From Chlamydiota bacterium (lineage in GTDB: Bacteria; Chlamydiota; Chlamydiia; Chlamydiales; JAAKFR01), in the NCBI GenBank assembly GCA_021772465.1, contig JAJFLX010000003.1, positions 190,684-254,683 of the forward strand: a stretch of 64,000 bases of DNA, in the 5' to 3' direction. Of the stretch, positions 36,394 through 46,546 are shown piece after piece. Every line of letters starts with the position of its first letter. Position 1 is the stretch's first letter. The notes beneath the pieces were generated by a model. That model was not told the origin of the DNA. It searched no databases and worked only from the letters and a program-made list of their open reading frames with translations. Position numbers and translations under genes: made by a program.

Positions 36394-36988
36394 CGGTTGT
36401 AAGCCATCCTTTTTGGTTGACGATCCATTCTGCCGCTCGAAGCGCGCCTAAAGCAAACCCTTCGCGGTTTTTTGCGCAGTGGGAGAGAACGACTGTGTCG
36501 ACTGAAGAGTCGAAATGTATTTCGTGTCTCCCGGGGTAGTGGCCCACTCTCACACTAGAGAAGGGGGGGAGTTTACAGCTGCTCGACAATTTTTTTGCTG
36601 TGCCAGAAGGGGCATCGATTTTATCTTTGTGGTGAAATTCAACCCCAGCGACATCGTAGTCGCTATAGAGAGCGCGCGCGTAGCTCAAGAGCTTTTCGAA
36701 GAGAAGAACTCCAATTGAGAGGTTAGGAGCATAGAGCGCGGCTCCTCCACATGATTGGACGATCTCTTCAACCTCGCCTAGCTCCTTCTCCCATCCAGTG
36801 GTGCCAATCACCAGAGGAAGGTTGGCGTCGCAGGCGCTTTGGACGTGCTGTTTCACCTGGCTGGGGTGGGAGAAATCGATGGCCGCTTCCGCTGCATGCA
36901 GATCAGAGACGATCTGATGAGAGCGAGTCGTTGCTAGCTGCTCAACTGCTCGGCCCATTTTTCCTGACCCAAAGAGTTTCAGTTTCAT
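36350..36988 (-). CDS. dapB: 4-hydroxy-tetrahydrodipicolinate reductase (short form)
   Basis: MKLKLFGSGKMGRAV NAD(P) motif, GTTGW, EFHHKDKIDAPSGTA (the DapB signature E.HH..K.DAPSGTA) and HCAKNREGFALGAL. Confidence 0.8.
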   Translation of the reverse strand: MKLKLFGSGKMGRAVEQLATTRSHQIVSDLHAAEAAIDFSHPSQVKQHVQSACDANLPLVIGTTGWEKELGEVEEIVQSCGGAALYAPNLSIGVLLFEKLLSYARALYSDYDVAGVEFHHKDKIDAPSGTAKKLSSSCKLPPFSSVRVGHYPGRHEIHFDSSVDTVVLSHCAKNREGFALGALRAAEWIVNQKGWLTTDDMLRSLYSPDHSL

Positions 36989-37022
36989 GCTGAAAGACTA
37001 TAGGGGGGAATGAGATTGCTGT

Positions 37023-38075
37023 CTACGCTGCTCGGTTGAGGGGTTCAAAGTGGAACTCCCATCTAAAAATTGGCCAAGGTTTCACAGTGATTTCTGCTTT
37101 AGGAGTCCCAATAGCTCTTGTGCGACGCCAAGTCCGTTCTATCTTTTTGAGTTGGTCCTCAGTCAGGTCGTGTAGCACAAGGAAACAGTCGCGATTGCGA
37201 GAGAAGGCTGACTGGGTCCAGTTGGCCGAGCCATTGATCAAGATTTTTTCATCTATCCAGGCGAACTTGTGGTGTAAAAGGCGCCCTCCACCACTCACCC
37301 AAAGTTTTATTCCTGCCGACTCAAGAGCTGCTGTCACTTTTTTTCCAACACCTTTTGCTTGGCCCCGATCGAGAATCACCTCGACCTCCACACCGCGCTC
37401 TTTAGCTGCGATGAGCGCATCAGCGAGCCCAAGATGGGTCCAGGTGTACATGGCGACACGGATCGACTTTTCGGCCCCCCTAAGGAGTTGGTGCAACCTC
37501 TCATAGCCCGGCTTGCGGTCGCGAGGGAAGTCCCAGTACTCAAATCGCTGCCCAGCTAAAGAGAAGTGATGGTGCTCTTTCGAGGCGAGTAAGGTGCGTG
37601 CAAACTCTCGGCTTTGCAAGGAAGTGACCAGGTTGTCATGCAACTTGAGAGAGGAGGTCGTCCAGTTTGCAGAACCGATCCACACCTCCTTGTCATCGAC
37701 GATGAGAATTTTCTGGTGCATCAACCCTGAAACCTTAAGAGGGGAGCAGTTGACTAAATGCGAAAGAGAGTGAAACCCAAATTGTGAGGTAGAAGGGTCG
37801 TGTCTGATTCGTACCTCTATTCCTGCTGCTGCTTGCCGGTTGAGTGCCTCGATAATTTTGGGGTCGGTAAGCGAGTAGATAGTCACATCTAAGGAGGAGT
37901 GTGCGCGAGCGATGGCCGAGAGAAAGGCTGTGCGCAAATCATCATTGCAAATCGAGGCATAGAGTTGGACTGGAGTTGTAGGGGTGGAACTTCTCTCCTC
38001 TTGGAAAAAAAATACGAGGGTGAGGAGGGCAATAGTTCCAAACCAGCGGAAGAGACTTTTTCGGCGCGGGGTCAT
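37023..38075 (-). CDS. Phospholipase D superfamily protein with two HKD motifs
   Basis: N-terminal TM/signal region, then HQKILIVDDKEVWIGSANWT and HHKFAWIDEKILINGSANWT. Confidence 0.85.
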   Translation of the reverse strand: MTPRRKSLFRWFGTIALLTLVFFFQEERSSTPTTPVQLYASICNDDLRTAFLSAIARAHSSLDVTIYSLTDPKIIEALNRQAAAGIEVRIRHDPSTSQFGFHSLSHLVNCSPLKVSGLMHQKILIVDDKEVWIGSANWTTSSLKLHDNLVTSLQSREFARTLLASKEHHHFSLAGQRFEYWDFPRDRKPGYERLHQLLRGAEKSIRVAMYTWTHLGLADALIAAKERGVEVEVILDRGQAKGVGKKVTAALESAGIKLWVSGGGRLLHHKFAWIDEKILINGSANWTQSAFSRNRDCFLVLHDLTEDQLKKIERTWRRTRAIGTPKAEITVKPWPIFRWEFHFEPLNRAA

Positions 38076-38115
38076 CTATACAAAATAATTGAGAGTGCGT
38101 TAGAATGAAAGAGGT

Positions 38116-38367
38116 ATGAAAAAACTCATCAATACAAAGACCGATCAACCGCTCGTGGAGTTTCAAGGTAGCCGGGTGATTTTTCACAACAAATTCTTGG
38201 AAAAGGAGATGGAGAAGATTGGCATCCCAATCCCTCACGGCTTGCGTGGAGTTTACCATGGGAAGGAGAGTGTACGTCTAGGAGATGAAGAGTTTCAGCA
38301 AGCCTTTGTCGAGGTTTACTACATCCTGACGATGAATCCTGCTACTTTTAAGTGGATCGAGCTCTAA
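38116..38367 (+). CDS. Hypothetical small protein (83 aa)
   Basis: An ORF with a plausible RBS (aaagagg) 3 nt upstream of the ATG. I recognise no motif. Confidence 0.35.
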   Translation: MKKLINTKTDQPLVEFQGSRVIFHNKFLEKEMEKIGIPIPHGLRGVYHGKESVRLGDEEFQQAFVEVYYILTMNPATFKWIEL

Positions 38368-40152
38368 TCAGCTCACATGCCCTGCGTGGCTATCGCCCAT
38401 CTCCATCCCATCTGGGAAATATCGGTTCCAATTTTCACTCACCTGTTTTGCCGTTGGAAGATCGCAGAGAACTTCTTCAGGATAGGAGGGCTTCATACGA
38501 GCATCGATCAAAACGGGGCCCCGGTAGGTCACATGGTGGCGATAGAGCGCACTTTTTGCGTGGATATCTGCTGCTGGCTCAAAACGCGTAAAGAGAGTCC
38601 AGAGAAAAGAGGCGTTATTTTTCAAGGTCTTATCTACGCTGTCAACTAAGATAAGAAGGGGCCAATTCTCAAAACCATTGAAGGTGAGAAGTCTCTCAAT
38701 ATCAGCCGCTCCTTCAAGTACAAGACAGCCTGGTGAATAGGGGGCGAGCTTGGTGATGGAGGGAGGAAGACCTCCTTGATATGATTGAGGAAGGTCACGT
38801 TTTTTTTCGCCAACGCCCAGCATGACTCCTCGAGATCCTTTGTTGAGCTCAGGGCCAGTGTAATCGAGTGTATCAAGAGAGAGGTTAGCAAAAACAAACA
38901 GATCAGTCTCAGGTTGAAACCTCTCAAGGACGCAGGTGAGAAGGGACTTGAAGTTGCGAAGATCAACTGCTTGGTCTGTCAGAAGCAAAAATTTAGTCAA
39001 AGAGAGCTGCCCCTCCCCGAGGATTCGAAACGCAGAGGCCATGCATTCGCGGTAGTAGCGCTCTGTAACAATAGCTGCTGAGAGTGCATGGAAGCCTGTT
39101 TCACCATAACTCCAAAGATCTTTCACTCCAGGCATCACCATCGGGAAGAGAGGGGAGAGGAGTTTTTGGAGGTAGTCCCCAATATAGAAGTCCTCCTGGA
39201 TGGGTTTGCCTACCACTGTCGCAGGATAGATCGCATCTTTCCGATGGTAGAGAGCTTTGCAGTCGAAAACAGGGAAGTCGTGCTTCCAGCTGTAGTAACC
39301 GTAGTGATCACCAAAAGGTCCCTCCTCTCGCCTGATGTGGGGTTTAGCTTCACCTACAAGAGCGAACTCACACTCAGAGATCAAAGGGTGAGGCGTGTGC
39401 TCAGATCGGCACCTCTCGAGTTTCTTCCCTTGAAGTAAGCCGCAGAGTAGAAGCTCAGAGACATTTTCTGGAAGGGGAGTGATGGCACTTAAAATCAGAG
39501 CAGGGGGGCCTCCGACGAAAATGGAGACAGGCAGGGGTTGGCCCAAAGCTTCGGCCCGCGCGTAGTGGAACCCCCCCCCTTTTTGAATTTGAAAGTGAAG
39601 ACCGGTCTGCCGCTTGTTGTACCTTTGAATCCTGTACATGCCGAGATTGGGAGGCCCTCCATCTGGAGGCTCGGTATAGACGAGGGGTAGGGTAATAAAG
39701 TCTCCTCCATCTAAGGGCCAACTCTTGGTCATGGGGAGCGAGTCGAGGTCCGGAGGCGATTGGACAGATTCAAGAATGGGCCCTGCTCTTCTCATTTTAG
39801 TGCCAATATTCAAGAGCTTGAGGAGTGTGTTTCGGTTTTTCCAAAGTTTTCGGGGCGTCGGAGGGAAATCCTCGTGCGCAAGTTGGATGAGCCTGGCGAT
39901 AACTTGTTCGGGACGCTCTGGGAAAGCGAGCTCAACTCGCCTAGCAGACCCAAAAAGGTTCGTAACGACAGGAAAAGAGGAGCCCTTGACTCGATGAAAA
40001 AAGAGAGCAGGTCCCTCAGCTGCAGAAACACGCCTGTGAATTTCAGCTAACTCTAAATGGGGGTCTACCTCATGGTAGATATCGACAATTTCGCCTGCTT
40101 GTCGAAGGGCGTGGAGGAAATGGCGGAGGTTATACCTTTTGTCCCTTGGCAC
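38368..40152 (-). CDS. UbiD-family (prenyl-FMN-dependent) decarboxylase
   Basis: 594 aa. The N-terminal [17 protein letters not shown] and the blocks GPPNLGMYR and [11 protein letters not shown] are typical of UbiD. It is probably involved in menaquinone biosynthesis. Confidence 0.85.
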   Translation of the reverse strand: MPRDKRYNLRHFLHALRQAGEIVDIYHEVDPHLELAEIHRRVSAAEGPALFFHRVKGSSFPVVTNLFGSARRVELAFPERPEQVIARLIQLAHEDFPPTPRKLWKNRNTLLKLLNIGTKMRRAGPILESVQSPPDLDSLPMTKSWPLDGGDFITLPLVYTEPPDGGPPNLGMYRIQRYNKRQTGLHFQIQKGGGFHYARAEALGQPLPVSIFVGGPPALILSAITPLPENVSELLLCGLLQGKKLERCRSEHTPHPLISECEFALVGEAKPHIRREEGPFGDHYGYYSWKHDFPVFDCKALYHRKDAIYPATVVGKPIQEDFYIGDYLQKLLSPLFPMVMPGVKDLWSYGETGFHALSAAIVTERYYRECMASAFRILGEGQLSLTKFLLLTDQAVDLRNFKSLLTCVLERFQPETDLFVFANLSLDTLDYTGPELNKGSRGVMLGVGEKKRDLPQSYQGGLPPSITKLAPYSPGCLVLEGAADIERLLTFNGFENWPLLILVDSVDKTLKNNASFLWTLFTRFEPAADIHAKSALYRHHVTYRGPVLIDARMKPSYPEEVLCDLPTAKQVSENWNRYFPDGMEMGDSHAGHVS

Positions 40153-40405
40153 GAAGCTCCTTCACAACGACATCTAAACCACGCTTATCGATCGTGCGCA
40201 TAGCAGAAGTTGTGAGGCGCAAGGTAATGAATCTATTCTCTTGGGAAAACCAGAACCGTTTGACAACCAGATTGGGGAGAAACCGGCGTTTCACCTTTCC
40301 TGTGATGTTAAGGCCAATACCCTTTTTTTTCTTCGCGATTCCGCGCTTTGTATACTTAACCCCAGGTTTGGGCTTTTTGCCTGTAACTTGACAAACTCTC
40401 GACAT
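40130..40405 (-). CDS. rpmB: 50S ribosomal protein L28
   Basis: [12 protein letters not shown]... is the canonical L28 N-terminus. The protein is 91 aa and basic. Confidence 0.9.
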   Translation of the reverse strand: MSRVCQVTGKKPKPGVKYTKRGIAKKKKGIGLNITGKVKRRFLPNLVVKRFWFSQENRFITLRLTTSAMRTIDKRGLDVVVKELRAKGQKV

Positions 40406-40483
40406 GGAAAAAACTCCTCATACTATTAGTCCGGCGATTGTAGCAGAGTGGCATCTAACTTGCAAGTCTTCGAAAGGAGCTTT

Positions 40484-41881
40484 ATGGAAAAAATTCATTT
40501 AGATTTAGCCGTGATCGGCTCGGGACCTGCAGGGATAAATGGGGCGATTCAAGCCGCCAAGCTCGGAAGGCGTGTGGCTTTAATAGAAAAGGAGATTGTC
40601 CCTGGGGGGAATTGCTTGAATTCAGGGACGATCCCCTCCAAGTCGCTTCGAGAAGCCATCATCGATCTCACCAGATACAACGAGCGAAGTTTTTATGGGT
40701 CGAGCTGTTTGCGCGAAGTCACGATTGATGATTTGAACTACCGGCTCACGACGGTTTTGGAGGGGGAGCGAGCCGTCTTGCTCCGCCAATTTAAAAAAAA
40801 TGGCATCCGTTTCATCCAAGGAAAAGCAGAATTTGACACGCCTCACAAACTGCTCGTATCCGACGATAGGGGGAGATACCTCTACGAGGTCTATGCTGAA
40901 AAGATTTTAATTTCCACCGGATCAGAGCCTCGCAACCCGATGCACGTCCCTTTCGATTTAGATGTGATTCTCGATTCGACAAGGCTTCTCTCTATCAAAC
41001 GCGTGCCAAGAACAATGGTGGTTTTAGGGGGCGGGGTGATTGGCGCAGAATATGCCAGCTTTTTTGCAGCACTTGGAACGCAAGTGATCGTGCTTGATAA
41101 ACGTGATCGGCTCCTTCCTGGACTGGACGCTGAGGTAGGGATCCATCTTCAAGTGGGACTTAAAGAGCTCGGGCTTGAATTTTTTCCCCACAAGGTACCT
41201 CAAAAAATTGAGCGCATAGGGGATAGAGGTAAAGTGAGCTGCGAGGATGGGAGCATTTATGAAGCGGAGGTTATCCTCTATGCTCTTGGAAGAGAGGCCA
41301 ATGTAAAAGGACTTCGCCTAGAAAAGTGCGGCCTCGCTGTCAATGAGCGGGGCTACATTCCTGTAGGCCCTCATTTTGAAACCGCGCAGCCTCATATCTA
41401 TGCAGGGGGAGATGTGATCGGTTTTCCAGCTCTTGCATCTACAAGTATGGAACAGGGGCGGCTGGCTGCAAGACACGCTTTTGGACAAGCCTCGCGCACC
41501 TTCCCAAATTTTTTCCCCTTAGGTATTTACACTATTCCTGAGATCTCGTGTTGTGGATATACCGAAGAAGAGCTCGTGCAAAAGGGGATCAACTACGAGG
41601 TGGGCCGCGCTTACGCCTACGAGATCGCTCGAAGTCATATCGAAGGATCGAGCCACCTCGGACTTTTTAAGATTCTTTTCGAAAGAGAGACGCTCGAAGT
41701 GCTCGGCATTCACATCGTTGGCCGCGGAGCTACGGAAGTGATCCATATTGGTCAAGTTGCGATGTCATTTGATGCCGAGCTTGACTACTTTGTCAACCAG
41801 GTGTTTAACTATCCTACGTTTGCAGAAGGGTATCGCATCGCTGCCCTCAATGGATTGAACAAAGTCAGAACTGAGGCATGA
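40484..41881 (+). CDS. sthA: Soluble pyridine nucleotide transhydrogenase-like flavoprotein (SthA/UdhA type)
   Basis: GSGPAG FAD motif. The active-site block GGNCLNSGTIPSK has a single Cys (Thr replaces the second Cys), as in SthA rather than Lpd. AAGGAG lies upstream of this ATG. Confidence 0.75.
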   Translation: MEKIHLDLAVIGSGPAGINGAIQAAKLGRRVALIEKEIVPGGNCLNSGTIPSKSLREAIIDLTRYNERSFYGSSCLREVTIDDLNYRLTTVLEGERAVLLRQFKKNGIRFIQGKAEFDTPHKLLVSDDRGRYLYEVYAEKILISTGSEPRNPMHVPFDLDVILDSTRLLSIKRVPRTMVVLGGGVIGAEYASFFAALGTQVIVLDKRDRLLPGLDAEVGIHLQVGLKELGLEFFPHKVPQKIERIGDRGKVSCEDGSIYEAEVILYALGREANVKGLRLEKCGLAVNERGYIPVGPHFETAQPHIYAGGDVIGFPALASTSMEQGRLAARHAFGQASRTFPNFFPLGIYTIPEISCCGYTEEELVQKGINYEVGRAYAYEIARSHIEGSSHLGLFKILFERETLEVLGIHIVGRGATEVIHIGQVAMSFDAELDYFVNQVFNYPTFAEGYRIAALNGLNKVRTEA

Positions 41882-43320
41882 TTCTATCTCTCACATGCGT
41901 CTTGCTTAGCAGTGCGCTTTTCAACAGTCTTAACCCATCCTCTTTAGCGGAGGCGTTGGCTTACTATGAGCTCCATCCTGAATATGCTCCGGCCAAAGAG
42001 AGGGTGTTGCAGCTTACAAGAGCCCGCACAGAAGATATCTTGCCGTTGCTAAGTCAGAGAGTCAATCGCATCCAAGGTCTTTCAGAGCCGCTCACCCTTC
42101 ATGAGATTCAGATGATCGAGGAGCTTGGGAAGGATCTGCCGAATCGTCGCCTGAAAGGGTACTTTGCTCGAAACGAAGCTGAAGTTCTCTCTCTTCCTTC
42201 AGAGCAAATTGATCTCGGCAAAGCCTTGCTCCTTTCGCAAGTCCAAGAGGGGGCAGAGTTTCAAGCGAGAAGCTACTCTGCTCTTCTCGATTTAATGGCT
42301 ATGCAGATTTTAGCAACGCTTCCAAGTGACGCCACTGCCTACGACAAAATCCGTGAGACCAACCGTTATATTTTTGAGACGATGCATTTTAGGTTTCCGC
42401 CTCAGTCGGTTTTTGCTGAAAACATCGATCGCTACACCTTTCTTCCTTCTGTCATGGATGACCATTTAGGGGTGTGCTTAGGGGTGACTGCCCTCTACTT
42501 GTCGATTGCCCAGCGCTTGGATCTTCCGCTTGAGATCATCACCCCTCCGGGTCATATCTATGTGCGCTACTGTGAAGGTGATAGAACTACAAATATTGAG
42601 ACAACAGCTCGTGGAGTCGACTACCCGAGTGAAGTCTATCTCAGTGTTAACACCTGCAGGTTGCAAAAAAGGGTTCTCAAAGAGGTGGTGGGGTTGACTC
42701 ACTTCAACGAGGCCTCGACTCATTTACATACTCACAACTATGCAAAAGCGTTTGCGGCTTATGAGAAAGCTCGTCTCTACATCCCAGACGACCCTCTAGT
42801 GAAAGAGCTTCAGGGGTATAGCTCCCTTTTCACGGGCAAAAAAGAGCTTGGGGTCCAGCTTTTGAAAGAGAGTGTGGATCAAATTCCTGAAGATGTGATC
42901 TCAAAACTTTCCCTTGCAGAGGATTATTTAGTGGGGAGGGTGAATGAAGAGGGCATTGAAGCGGTTTTTTCATCAGTCGATGAGACAAGGGAGTCGCTAC
43001 TTGCGAAAAAAGAGAGCCTAGAATCCATTTTGAGCAGATTTCCCGCTTTCCGTGAGGGGTGGCATCAGCTAGGCATCACCTGGCTTCAGCTTCATAGAAA
43101 TCGAGAGGCGATCGCTGCTTTTAAAAGCTACGATGCTCTTGACTCTTCTAACCCTTCTGTTACATACTACTTGGCAGTGCTCCATGGAGAGCGTCGCGAT
43201 TTTAAGCAGTGCTGGGCCTACTTGAGGCAAGCTGAGGCGATCACCTCGTCCAAGGGCTTCTCTCCTAAAGTGCTGCGAGATTTGCGACGTGTTTTAACTA
43301 TGCATTGCCCAGATGGATAA
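41878..43320 (+). CDS. Secreted transglutaminase-fold (SirB1/YchA-like) plus TPR repeat protein
   Basis: Signal-like N-terminus. [34 protein letters not shown] resembles the transglutaminase-like core of the SirB1 family. The C-terminal half contains TPR-like helices. Confidence 0.55.
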   Translation: MILSLTCVLLSSALFNSLNPSSLAEALAYYELHPEYAPAKERVLQLTRARTEDILPLLSQRVNRIQGLSEPLTLHEIQMIEELGKDLPNRRLKGYFARNEAEVLSLPSEQIDLGKALLLSQVQEGAEFQARSYSALLDLMAMQILATLPSDATAYDKIRETNRYIFETMHFRFPPQSVFAENIDRYTFLPSVMDDHLGVCLGVTALYLSIAQRLDLPLEIITPPGHIYVRYCEGDRTTNIETTARGVDYPSEVYLSVNTCRLQKRVLKEVVGLTHFNEASTHLHTHNYAKAFAAYEKARLYIPDDPLVKELQGYSSLFTGKKELGVQLLKESVDQIPEDVISKLSLAEDYLVGRVNEEGIEAVFSSVDETRESLLAKKESLESILSRFPAFREGWHQLGITWLQLHRNREAIAAFKSYDALDSSNPSVTYYLAVLHGERRDFKQCWAYLRQAEAITSSKGFSPKVLRDLRRVLTMHCPDG

Positions 43321-45871
43321 TTTTTCAGATGCTGTGACAGATGCGCTTCACGAGGCTTTTTCCCAAGCTGGGGCGCGCCAAAATCCTGAAGTGAGTGAAA
43401 ATCATCTCCTGCTTGCCCTCCTTGAGAAGAGCGAGGGCTATTTTGTCACCCTTTTAGAGGAGCTGGGGGCGGATGTGGCTCTTCTTATCACGAAAGCTAC
43501 TGAAGCTGTAGAGCGACTCCCAACCTATACTGAATCGGCTGAGCCCCCAAAGCCCTCTAAAGAGCTGCAGAGCCTGTTGCATGAAGCGTCCCAATTTGCC
43601 AAACAGTTTGGCGATAGCTTCATCTCGAGCGATCACCTACTTTTGAGTTTCTGGAAGGGAGCAAAAGAGCCGTTTGCATCATGGAAAAAGCTCTCTTTAA
43701 GTGAGGTCTTGGCTAAAATCAAAGAAATTCGAGGAGAAAGACGTATGGATTCGCCTACAGCAGAAGCTACGATGAAGAGTCTCGAAAAGTTTTGCAAAAA
43801 TCTCACAGCGCTTGCAAAAGAGGGGAGACTCGACCCTGTGATTGGGCGTGATGAGGAGATTCGACGCGCCATCCAAGTACTCAGTCGCAGAACGAAAAAT
43901 AACCCCATGCTTATAGGGGAGCCTGGGGTAGGGAAAACTGCGATTGCCGAAGGGTTAGCGCAACGCATTGTTCAAAATGATGTGCCCGATTCTCTTGAAA
44001 ATAAGCAGCTTGTTGCACTTGACATGGGGAGTTTGATTGCGGGTACCAAGTTTCGAGGGGAGTTCGAAGAGCGTCTCAAAGCGATCTTGCAAGAGATTGA
44101 ACAAGCAGAAGGGAAGATCATTCTCTTTATTGATGAGGTCCATACGCTTGTAGGAGCTGGCGCTGCTGAAGGAGCCGTTGATGCTGCCAATCTTCTCAAA
44201 CCGGCTCTTGCACGTGGCACGCTTCACTGCATTGGCGCGACAACGCTCAGCGAGTACCAGAAACATATCGAAAAAGATGCAGCTCTTGAGAGGCGTTTTC
44301 AGCCTGTTATGGTGCTTGAGCCTTCGCCAGAAGATGCGATCGCCATACTGCGAGGCTTGCGTGAGAAGTATGAAATCTTCCACGGGGTGCGCATCACTGA
44401 ATCGGCTATCGAGGCAGCTGTCATGCTCGCTACTCGCTACATTTCAGACCGTTTTCTTCCTGACAAGGCGATTGATTTGATCGATGAAGCGGCGAGTTTG
44501 ATCCGTATGCAGCTCGGTTCTCGCCCTCTTCCCATTGATGAGAAGGAGCGGGAGCTAGGCTCTTTGATTGTCAAGCAAGAGGGGCTGAAGCGCGAGGATC
44601 CTAAAAATACCGATTACGAAAAAGAGATAGCGAGTCTTCGCGAAGAGCTTGAAGCACTTAAAAGGCGATGGGAGAGTGAGAAGAAGATCTTACTCGAACT
44701 TAAGGGTAAGAAAGATGCTTTGGAGAAACTCCGTTTTCAAGAGGAGGAGGCTGAGCGGGTTTCAGACTACAACCGGGTCGCGCAGATCCGTTACAACGAC
44801 ATTCCGGCCCTTGAAAAGGAGATTGCTGAGCTTCAGGAGGGGCTCTTGAAAAAAGAGAATCGGTTGCTTCAAGAGGAAGTGGATGAGCACTTGATAGCTC
44901 AAATTGTTTCGAAATGGACTGGAATTCCGATTCAAAAGATGCTTGAGGGGGAGGCAAAGAAGCTCCTTACACTCGAAAAGACGCTAGCCAAGCGAATTGT
45001 GGGGCAAAGCTTTGCGGTGAAAGCTGTCAGTGACTCCATCCGTTCTGCAAGAGCGGGGCTGAGTGACCCGAATCGCCCCACCGGGGTATTTCTTTTTTTA
45101 GGTCCCACAGGCGTTGGGAAAACAGAGCTTGCCAAAGCGCTCGCTGAGCAGCTTTTTGACAATGAAGAGGCGATGATTCGTCTCGATATGTCTGAGTATA
45201 TGGAGAAGCATACGGTCTCTAAATTGATAGGATCTCCTCCAGGGTATGTGGGCTACGAAGAAGGGGGGCAGCTTACCGAAGCGCTTAGACGTCGCCCCTA
45301 CTCAGTCGTCTTGCTCGATGAGATTGAGAAGGCGCATTCTGATGTCTTTAATATCTTGCTACAGATCTTCGACGAGGGGCGGCTCACAGATAGTAAAGGG
45401 AGAAGGGTGAATGCAAAAAATGCTCTTTTCATTATGACATCGAATCTCGGCTCTGAGCCTTTGATGCAGGCGCTTGAATCGGGAGAGTCATTACCTACAA
45501 AAGAGGCTGTTTTTGAGAGAGTTGAACCGATTTTAAAACACCACTTCCGTCCTGAGTTTCTCAATCGTCTCGATGAGGTGCTTCCATTTTTGCCGCTTCA
45601 AAAAGATCAGATGGCTCATATTGTTGAGATTCAGATGGCCCTGGTCGTTAGGCGTCTTTCTCAGCGGAAGATTACACTTACCTGGGATGAAGAGGTGACC
45701 CACTACCTTGCCAGGGAGGGGTATGACTCGGCTTTTGGGGCGAGACCGCTCAAACGTTTGATCCAGCATGAGGTGGTCAACCCTCTTTCAAAGGCCCTTC
45801 TTGGGGGAAAAATTCAAAGTGGGGGGATAGTGAGACTTAAAATGAAAGAAGGAGTAATTATTTATGAGTAG
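43313..45871 (+). CDS. clpB: AAA+ disaggregase ClpB
   Basis: 852 aa with a Clp-N domain, two Walker A motifs ([18 protein letters not shown]), a long middle coiled coil and the GARPLKR sensor motif. Confidence 0.95.
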   Translation: MDNFSDAVTDALHEAFSQAGARQNPEVSENHLLLALLEKSEGYFVTLLEELGADVALLITKATEAVERLPTYTESAEPPKPSKELQSLLHEASQFAKQFGDSFISSDHLLLSFWKGAKEPFASWKKLSLSEVLAKIKEIRGERRMDSPTAEATMKSLEKFCKNLTALAKEGRLDPVIGRDEEIRRAIQVLSRRTKNNPMLIGEPGVGKTAIAEGLAQRIVQNDVPDSLENKQLVALDMGSLIAGTKFRGEFEERLKAILQEIEQAEGKIILFIDEVHTLVGAGAAEGAVDAANLLKPALARGTLHCIGATTLSEYQKHIEKDAALERRFQPVMVLEPSPEDAIAILRGLREKYEIFHGVRITESAIEAAVMLATRYISDRFLPDKAIDLIDEAASLIRMQLGSRPLPIDEKERELGSLIVKQEGLKREDPKNTDYEKEIASLREELEALKRRWESEKKILLELKGKKDALEKLRFQEEEAERVSDYNRVAQIRYNDIPALEKEIAELQEGLLKKENRLLQEEVDEHLIAQIVSKWTGIPIQKMLEGEAKKLLTLEKTLAKRIVGQSFAVKAVSDSIRSARAGLSDPNRPTGVFLFLGPTGVGKTELAKALAEQLFDNEEAMIRLDMSEYMEKHTVSKLIGSPPGYVGYEEGGQLTEALRRRPYSVVLLDEIEKAHSDVFNILLQIFDEGRLTDSKGRRVNAKNALFIMTSNLGSEPLMQALESGESLPTKEAVFERVEPILKHHFRPEFLNRLDEVLPFLPLQKDQMAHIVEIQMALVVRRLSQRKITLTWDEEVTHYLAREGYDSAFGARPLKRLIQHEVVNPLSKALLGGKIQSGGIVRLKMKEGVIIYE

Positions 45872-46253
45872 AGCAAAAGAGTATACCGATAGACTTTGGA
45901 ATCAGCGGGACTTCAGTGTTTTGGAGGAGCTTGTCGATAAGCAAGTAGTGATACACAGCCTGCTTGGCGACTATAAGGGGCGGGAGTTAATGCAGGAGGT
46001 GGCAGAGACGTGGTTGAAGGGCTTTCCCGATCTAGAGGTCACGTTCATTAACACGATCTCTGAGGGAGATCTTGAGGTGGTGCAGTGGATTTCAAAGGGC
46101 ACGCATCAGGGAGATTTTCGTGGGAAGCATGCGACTGGGCGATCTATCTCCTATCCTGGTGTTTCCATCTATCGTTTTGAGGGAGAGAAAATTGTTGAAT
46201 ATTGGGGGTATCTTGACATGCAGCATGTGATGAATCAACTGAAAGAGACTTAA
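45864..46253 (+). CDS. SnoaL-like / predicted ester cyclase family protein
   Basis: 129 aa with [65 protein letters not shown], the typical SnoaL_2/ester-cyclase pattern. It overlaps the clpB stop by 8 nt. Confidence 0.7.
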   Translation: MSRAKEYTDRLWNQRDFSVLEELVDKQVVIHSLLGDYKGRELMQEVAETWLKGFPDLEVTFINTISEGDLEVVQWISKGTHQGDFRGKHATGRSISYPGVSIYRFEGEKIVEYWGYLDMQHVMNQLKET

Positions 46254-46530
46254 AATTATTAGTTGAAAAGTAGGTAAAAATAGGAAAGAGTGAGAGGCCT
46301 CTAATTATTAAAGACCGACCTTATTGGTATAAAATAGGCCGCGTAAGAAAAACTTATTGCACTCACCTTCAACCATCTTTGAAAGCCTATTTTTTACCCC
46401 ACTCACTCAGAGGTAGCTCGGGGGCTACCTCTCTCACTTGTGGTGTAAAAACTAGACTTCAAATCTAGCTGAAACAGCCTATAAAATACTTTTTTGACCC
46501 CAATAAATTTATTCGGCCTTCATAATTGTG

Positions 46531-46539
46531 TGGTATAAT
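46531..46539 (+). promoter_or_regulatory. Candidate extended -10 element (TGGTATAAT) immediately upstream of the giant ORF
   Basis: A perfect TGnTATAAT at 46531-46539, only 7 nt before the ATG at 46547. There is no Shine-Dalgarno sequence between them. Confidence 0.3.
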
Positions 46540-46546
46540 TTTTCCT

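Noticed and set aside
40484-41881. A second dihydrolipoamide dehydrogenase (lpdA paralog)
   Set aside because: The redox-active disulfide motif has only one Cys (GGNCLNSGTIPSK, against [13 protein letters not shown] in the lpdA at 24520). This is the SthA/UdhA transhydrogenase pattern, so I called it sthA-like instead.
46409-46431. A 9-bp perfect hairpin as the intrinsic terminator of the clpB-snoaL operon
   Set aside because: No U-tract follows the stem (the next bases are ctcacttgtgg), and it lies 155 nt past the stop codon. I kept it only as a possible regulatory or processing structure.
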